Program-made: the position numbers and the translations under genes
Part shown: positions 59,983 to 64,000 of the stretch, one piece after another
Layout: the number at the start of each line of letters is the position of its first letter
Numbering within the stretch: the first letter of the stretch is position 1
From: an uncultured Phycisphaerales bacterium
Lineage (GTDB): Bacteria; Planctomycetota; Phycisphaerae; Sedimentisphaerales; Anaerobacaceae
Length of the DNA: 64,000 nucleotides
Reading direction: 5' to 3'
Assembly: GCA_963718665.1 (NCBI GenBank)
Contig: OY970359.1
Coordinates: forward strand, 1,568,001-1,632,000
Notes under the pieces: model-generated
What the model was told of the DNA's origin: nothing
Databases searched by the model: none
The model's input: the letters and a program-made list of their open reading frames with translations, nothing else

Positions 59983-60023
59983 GTAGTTCCGGTAAATTCT
60001 GAATAGTGGTCTCCGCATGGATT

Positions 60024-60605
60024 TTAAACCAAATCGCAGGCGTCGGGTGGCATCCAGTGGGCGTCTTTGCCATCCCATTTTACATTGCAGCCAATCGGGT
60101 TGGTCATCGGCGTAGTTACCTTTTTGCCCGCGAGAATTTCCGTAAGTGCGTTTTCGAGGTCATTTACAGTCATCCTGGCGGTTTCACGGGGATTGTCAAC
60201 GCCTCGGCCGGTATAAACGAGCTTTCGTTTTTCATCGAAGACAAAAAAGTGAGGCGTGCGCAGCGCGCCGTAAGCCCGTGCGATATCCTGGGTATCATCA
60301 TAAAGATACTTCCAGGGAAATTTGTGCTCATTCATTCGTTTGACCATATTATCAAACGAGTCCTCCGCGTAGGTATTGGGGCTGTTCGAGTTTATGCCGA
60401 CAAACTTCACGCCTTTGGGCTCGAACTTCTTCGCGGTCTGTCTTGTTACTTCATCCGACCCGATTACGAATGGACAGTGATTGCAGGTGAAAAAGACGAC
60501 TAAGGTTTTGGCGTTCGAGAAATCTTTGAGTGAATACGTCTTGCCGTCGGTGGCCCGAAGCGAAAATTTCGGAGCCCCTGAACCAATTGCTAAGGTAAAG
60601 GCCAT
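60024..60605 (-). CDS. Thioredoxin-fold protein (AhpC/TSA family)
   Basis: [24 protein letters not shown]. Confidence 0.9.
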   Translation of the reverse strand: MAFTLAIGSGAPKFSLRATDGKTYSLKDFSNAKTLVVFFTCNHCPFVIGSDEVTRQTAKKFEPKGVKFVGINSNSPNTYAEDSFDNMVKRMNEHKFPWKYLYDDTQDIARAYGALRTPHFFVFDEKRKLVYTGRGVDNPRETARMTVNDLENALTEILAGKKVTTPMTNPIGCNVKWDGKDAHWMPPDACDLV

Positions 60606-60735
60606 ATTACCTCCTGCTATTTAATAAGTTTTCTTGTTTTTTTAGTATAAGCCATTCTCACTTTACGGCTGCTCACATTCTATTGTTCAGCCGATTTAAT
60701 TAACAGCCCAAATTCGGAAAAGTTTGCCCACCCAA

Positions 60736-61953
60736 GGCATAGCGCACAGCGGGCAGCGTATAGTGTTTAGGGGACATTAAAAAACTGCCGCAACTTCAGT
60801 TTTTATAAGTAGTTACAAATCCGTGTCATCTGTGAAATCTGTGGTTGAGACCTTGTTTTTTGTGCATTTTTGTGGCCTAAAAACCACTCTTTTTTCGTGA
60901 CAATTTTTGCTGTAACCTCTTTCCTTATAACGGCTTAAATTCTGGATATGAACAGTCGTATAAAACAAATGTATCAAACAGTTGTATGATACAACTGTTA
61001 TCCATTTTCGCGCAAGTCGAAAACCCTTAGATTCAAAAATTTCAAAATTTTTTTACTCCTTACGCAGTAAGGACTTATCAATTTTGGCCCCATCAGGAAA
61101 TCCCTTAGTTTTCGTCAAAAGCGCGAAGTTCGCGCCATAGGATAGAGGGACCTTGTGGGTAACTCAGGCGGGCAGGCACAACTGATATTAAAAATCAAAA
61201 AGTAAAAGGCAAAAAGACAACGCAAAGCTCAAAAAGGTCTGTGCCGTTCGGCTGGCGAAAGTGTCTACCGAAATGTTTCCGCATTTTTGCTTTTTTATAT
61301 TTAATTTTTGATTTAAGAAGGGGGAGGATATTATGGCAAGTATCACAATCAAAGTTCCAAACTGGTTAGACCGTATCTGCACCTGGCCTGTGATGTTTTA
61401 TCGCAGGCGTAAGTATGGTTACGACTTTCGCAGGATATACCTCGGCGAAGGGGAATGGACGATAGTTGACGCCGATGTCTATTATCGCCTCGGAAATATC
61501 AAATGGTGTTTAAAAGGGCACAAGACAAAACTATACGCCATTGGAGGCGTCAGGAACGAATGCGGAAAAGGAATAGAAATGGTACATTTGCACAGGAAGG
61601 TTGCCAATGCGCCAAAGGGGCAGATTGTTGACCATATAAACGGCGATTCCCTCGACAATCGAAGGGCCAATCTCCGTTTGGCAACACGGTCTCAAAATTG
61701 CCAGAATGCGAAAAAAAGAAAAAATACCTCATCGCGATTCATTGGCGTTAGTTTTCAGAAATCGCATAAAAAATGGTGGGCATATATTAGCTTTGAGAGA
61801 AAAAGAACGCATTTGGGCTATTTTGACAATGAAATCGAAGCTGCCCGCGCTTATGACGCAGCCGCCAGGAAGTATTACGGCGAATTCGCAAGGTTGAATT
61901 TTCCGGAGGAAAATTCACTATCCGCTACTCGCTGAACGCTGTCCGCTGTATAT
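60736..61953. mobile_element. Candidate element carrying the HNH-AP2 gene, bounded by inverted heptamer arrays
   Basis: (AGCGnnn)x4 at 60741-60770 and (nnnCGCT)x4 at 61918-61947. Confidence 0.45.
61333..61935 (+). CDS. HNH endonuclease with C-terminal AP2 DNA-binding domain
   Basis: LHR...[28 protein letters not shown]...[15 protein letters not shown]...[10 protein letters not shown]. Confidence 0.92.
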   Translation: MASITIKVPNWLDRICTWPVMFYRRRKYGYDFRRIYLGEGEWTIVDADVYYRLGNIKWCLKGHKTKLYAIGGVRNECGKGIEMVHLHRKVANAPKGQIVDHINGDSLDNRRANLRLATRSQNCQNAKKRKNTSSRFIGVSFQKSHKKWWAYISFERKRTHLGYFDNEIEAARAYDAAARKYYGEFARLNFPEENSLSATR

Positions 61954-61985
61954 ATCATGGCGAAGCCGTTATCCGGCTGACAAAA

Positions 61986-62023
61986 CAGCGTAAATCGGCG
62001 TTAATCTGCGTTAATCTGCGTCT
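61986..62023. repeat. 10-nt-period arm (AATCTGCGTT type)
   Basis: cagcgta aatcggcgtt aatctgcgtt aatctgcgtc. Confidence 0.75.
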
Positions 62024-62108
62024 AAATAATCCCTCCGGCTCTGGGGAGAATAAACGGTTTGCAAAAGGGGGGGAAATTCGTTAAATTAACACAGCAGAGC
62101 AAAGATTC

Positions 62109-62211
62109 ACCGCTGAGCACGCGGAAACCGCTGAGACACGGAGCGATAGTGACGAGCCCGCTTCGGAAAAGAATATAAAGTAAACTCTGCGTCCTCTGCG
62201 ATCTTTGCGGT
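62109..62211. repeat. Empty 9-nt-period hairpin element 5' of the tRNA
   Basis: accgctgag cacgcggaa accgctgag ... ctctgcgtc ctctgcgat ctttgcggt. Confidence 0.8.
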
Positions 62212-62219
62212 GAAAAACC

Positions 62220-62302
62220 GGCTGAGTGGCGGAATGGCAGACGCTGGGGACTTAAAATCCCCTGTCCTCACGGACGTATGGGTTCGACTCCCATCTCGGC
62301 CA
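62220..62302 (+). tRNA. tRNA-Leu(TAA)
   Basis: Acceptor GGCTGAG/CTCGGCC plus A; anticodon arm GGGGA-CTTAAAA-TCCCC; long variable arm; T arm ATGGG-TTCGACT-CCCAT; CCA not encoded. Confidence 0.95.
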
Positions 62303-62307
62303 ATTTT

Positions 62308-62376
62308 ACCGCGGAGTTCGCAGAGACCGCGGAGAAAAAATAAAATAACCTCTGCGCTCTCCGCGTGCTCTGCGGT
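62308..62376. repeat. Empty 9-nt-period hairpin element 3' of the tRNA
   Basis: accgcggag ttcgcagag accgcggag, 15-nt A-rich loop, ctctgcgct ctccgcgtg ctctgcggt. Confidence 0.85.
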
Positions 62377-62405
62377 GAGATTGAATAATGTGAGGTGTTA
62401 AGAAT

Positions 62406-63734
62406 ATGGCGAAAAAGGTTTTCAAACTGGCTGACGTGGCAGAGCCGAATCTGTACCGGGAAGTGTTCCCTTATACCGAATTTCCTATTACGAAATTCGA
62501 GAAGCGGGGCGTGCCTTATGAACTGCCCGAGCAGATATGGATAACGGACACGACTTTCCGCGACGGCCAGCAGGCAAGGCCGCCATATACGCCTGAGCAG
62601 GTTTTGAGGATATACGACCTGCTGCACGAGATAGACGGCGATACCGGTCTGATTCGGCAGTGCGAGTTCTTTTTGTATTCGGACCGCGACCGCAAGGCGG
62701 TTGAGCTTTGCAAGGCACGCGGCTACAAGTATCCGGAAATCACCGGCTGGATTCGTGCGGTCGCGGAGGATTTCAAGTTAGTCAAGCAGATGGGGCTTGC
62801 GGAGACGGGAATTCTGACGAGCGTGAGCGATTATCACATATTCCTGAAACTTCGAAAGACCCGTGCACAAGCGCTGGCAGGATATTTGGATATTGTGAAG
62901 GCGGCTTTGGACCAGGGTGTTTTGCCGAGATGCCATTATGAGGATGTAACGCGGGCGGATTATGATGGATTTATACTGCCGTTTTCCGCGGAGCTGATGA
63001 AGCTGGGCGAGGAGTATAAAAAGCCCATTAAAATTCGGCTGTGCGATACGCTTGGTTTTGGATTGCCCTGGGCGGGTTCTGCGCTGCCGAGAAGCGTGCC
63101 GAAACTTGTTGCGGGGCTTCGCAAGATTGGTGTGCCGGGTGAGCAGCTGGAATGGCACGGGCATAATGATTTGCACAAGGTGGAGGTAAATGCCGCGACG
63201 GCGTGGCTGTACGGGTGCTGTGCGGCGAATAGTGCGATATTCGGCGTCGGCGAGCGGACGGGCAACCCGCCTCTGGAAGCGATGATTATCGAACATGCGC
63301 AAATCAAGGGGATGATGAAAGGCGTTAATTACGCGGCGATAACCGAGCTTGCCCAGTATGCCGCAAAAGAGCTTGGTTTCGATATAGCCAGCAATTATCC
63401 GCTTGTGGGCAGGGACTTTAATGTAACCCGCGCGGGTATTCACGCGGACGGCCTGCTGAAAAACGAGGAGATATATAACTGCTTCGATACCGATAAACTG
63501 CTGAACAGGCCCGTTGAGGTCGCGATTACGGACAAGACGGGTGCGGCAGGGATAAAGCACTGGATTGAATCAAGGTTCCAAATGGAAATTATGAAGCATG
63601 ACCCGCGAGTGATAAAGATAAGAGACCGGATAGCGGCGGAATACGCTTCGGACAGGTCGTCGGCCATATCGGACGACGAGATGTTTAAGTGGATAAAAGA
63701 GGCGTTCGGGGACGAGATGCCTCCTTTGAGGTGA
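62406..63734 (+). CDS. DRE-TIM metallolyase, Re-citrate synthase-like
   Basis: EPNLYREVFPY, ITDTTFRDGQQ, EFFLY, ITGWIRA, LEWHGHND, GERTGN; resembles clostridial Re-citrate synthase. Confidence 0.8.
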   Translation: MAKKVFKLADVAEPNLYREVFPYTEFPITKFEKRGVPYELPEQIWITDTTFRDGQQARPPYTPEQVLRIYDLLHEIDGDTGLIRQCEFFLYSDRDRKAVELCKARGYKYPEITGWIRAVAEDFKLVKQMGLAETGILTSVSDYHIFLKLRKTRAQALAGYLDIVKAALDQGVLPRCHYEDVTRADYDGFILPFSAELMKLGEEYKKPIKIRLCDTLGFGLPWAGSALPRSVPKLVAGLRKIGVPGEQLEWHGHNDLHKVEVNAATAWLYGCCAANSAIFGVGERTGNPPLEAMIIEHAQIKGMMKGVNYAAITELAQYAAKELGFDIASNYPLVGRDFNVTRAGIHADGLLKNEEIYNCFDTDKLLNRPVEVAITDKTGAAGIKHWIESRFQMEIMKHDPRVIKIRDRIAAEYASDRSSAISDDEMFKWIKEAFGDEMPPLR

Positions 63735-63738
63735 TAAA

Positions 63739-64000
63739 ATTAAACCACAGATTTCACAGATTACTCAGATAAGAGCGGTGGTGTTTGACCTGGGCGAGAC
63801 CCTGCTGAATTTCGGCAAGTTGGAGACGATGCAGATCTTTAGGCAAAGCGCGAGGTTGACTTACGATTACCTGAAGAGCCACGGTCAGCCCGCGGGTAGT
63901 TTCTGGTGGTATTTTATTCGCAACATTGCTGCAATCCAGGTGAGGACTTTGTGGGGGAATATTACGGGCAGAGATTTCGATGCTTTATCGCTTTTGAAAA
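63739..64000 (+). CDS. HAD-superfamily hydrolase, 5' part
   Basis: IRAVVFDLGETLLNF motif I; open to the window end; start codon unclear (ATT 63739 or GTG 63778). Confidence 0.7.
   Translation, partial: MKPQISQITQIRAVVFDLGETLLNFGKLETMQIFRQSARLTYDYLKSHGQPAGSFWWYFIRNIAAIQVRTLWGNITGRDFDALSLLK

Noticed and set aside
60736..62302. Prophage or group I intron around the HNH gene and tRNA
   Set aside because: No phage genes, no integrase, no duplicated tRNA 3' end and no interrupted host gene.

Overview
Bacterial chromosomal window, most likely from an anaerobic Planctomycetota (Phycisphaerae/Sedimentisphaerales-like); this placement is inferred from gene content and protein style. Most of it is housekeeping: fba, ctpA, lysS, lolCDE-like ABC, ilvE, polyprenyl synthase, trpB2, rarA, clpX, a four-subunit 2-oxoacid:ferredoxin oxidoreductase, mltA, a PAS kinase/NarL pair, pyrRBC, degP, mscS/mscL, bfr, three tandem GH5 genes, dnaA, tRNA-Leu(TAA) and a Re-citrate synthase-like gene. 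Small AT-richer accessory genes are scattered between them: a PIN-like gene, an MNT-HEPN pair, a type II RM pair, a nucleotidyltransferase pair, two HEPN-like genes and an HNH-AP2 endonuclease. The most striking signal is non-coding. (i) Three-unit, 9-nt-period arms (nnnGCAGAG / CTCTGYGnn) occur as empty hairpins around the tRNA, as a filled form bracketing a nuclease-like gene, and as stacked orphan arms. (ii) Heptamer tandem arrays bracket the HNH-AP2 gene in inverted orientation and also sit in frame inside lysS and the oxidoreductase alpha subunit. (iii) Several miniature palindromic or MITE-like elements are nested inside one another. (iv) A 37-bp site with a XerD-arm-like core precedes each of two HEPN-like genes. 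No transposase or integrase is encoded in the window. Two single-base frameshifts at homopolymers (dnaA, AsmA-like gene) are probably sequencing errors.
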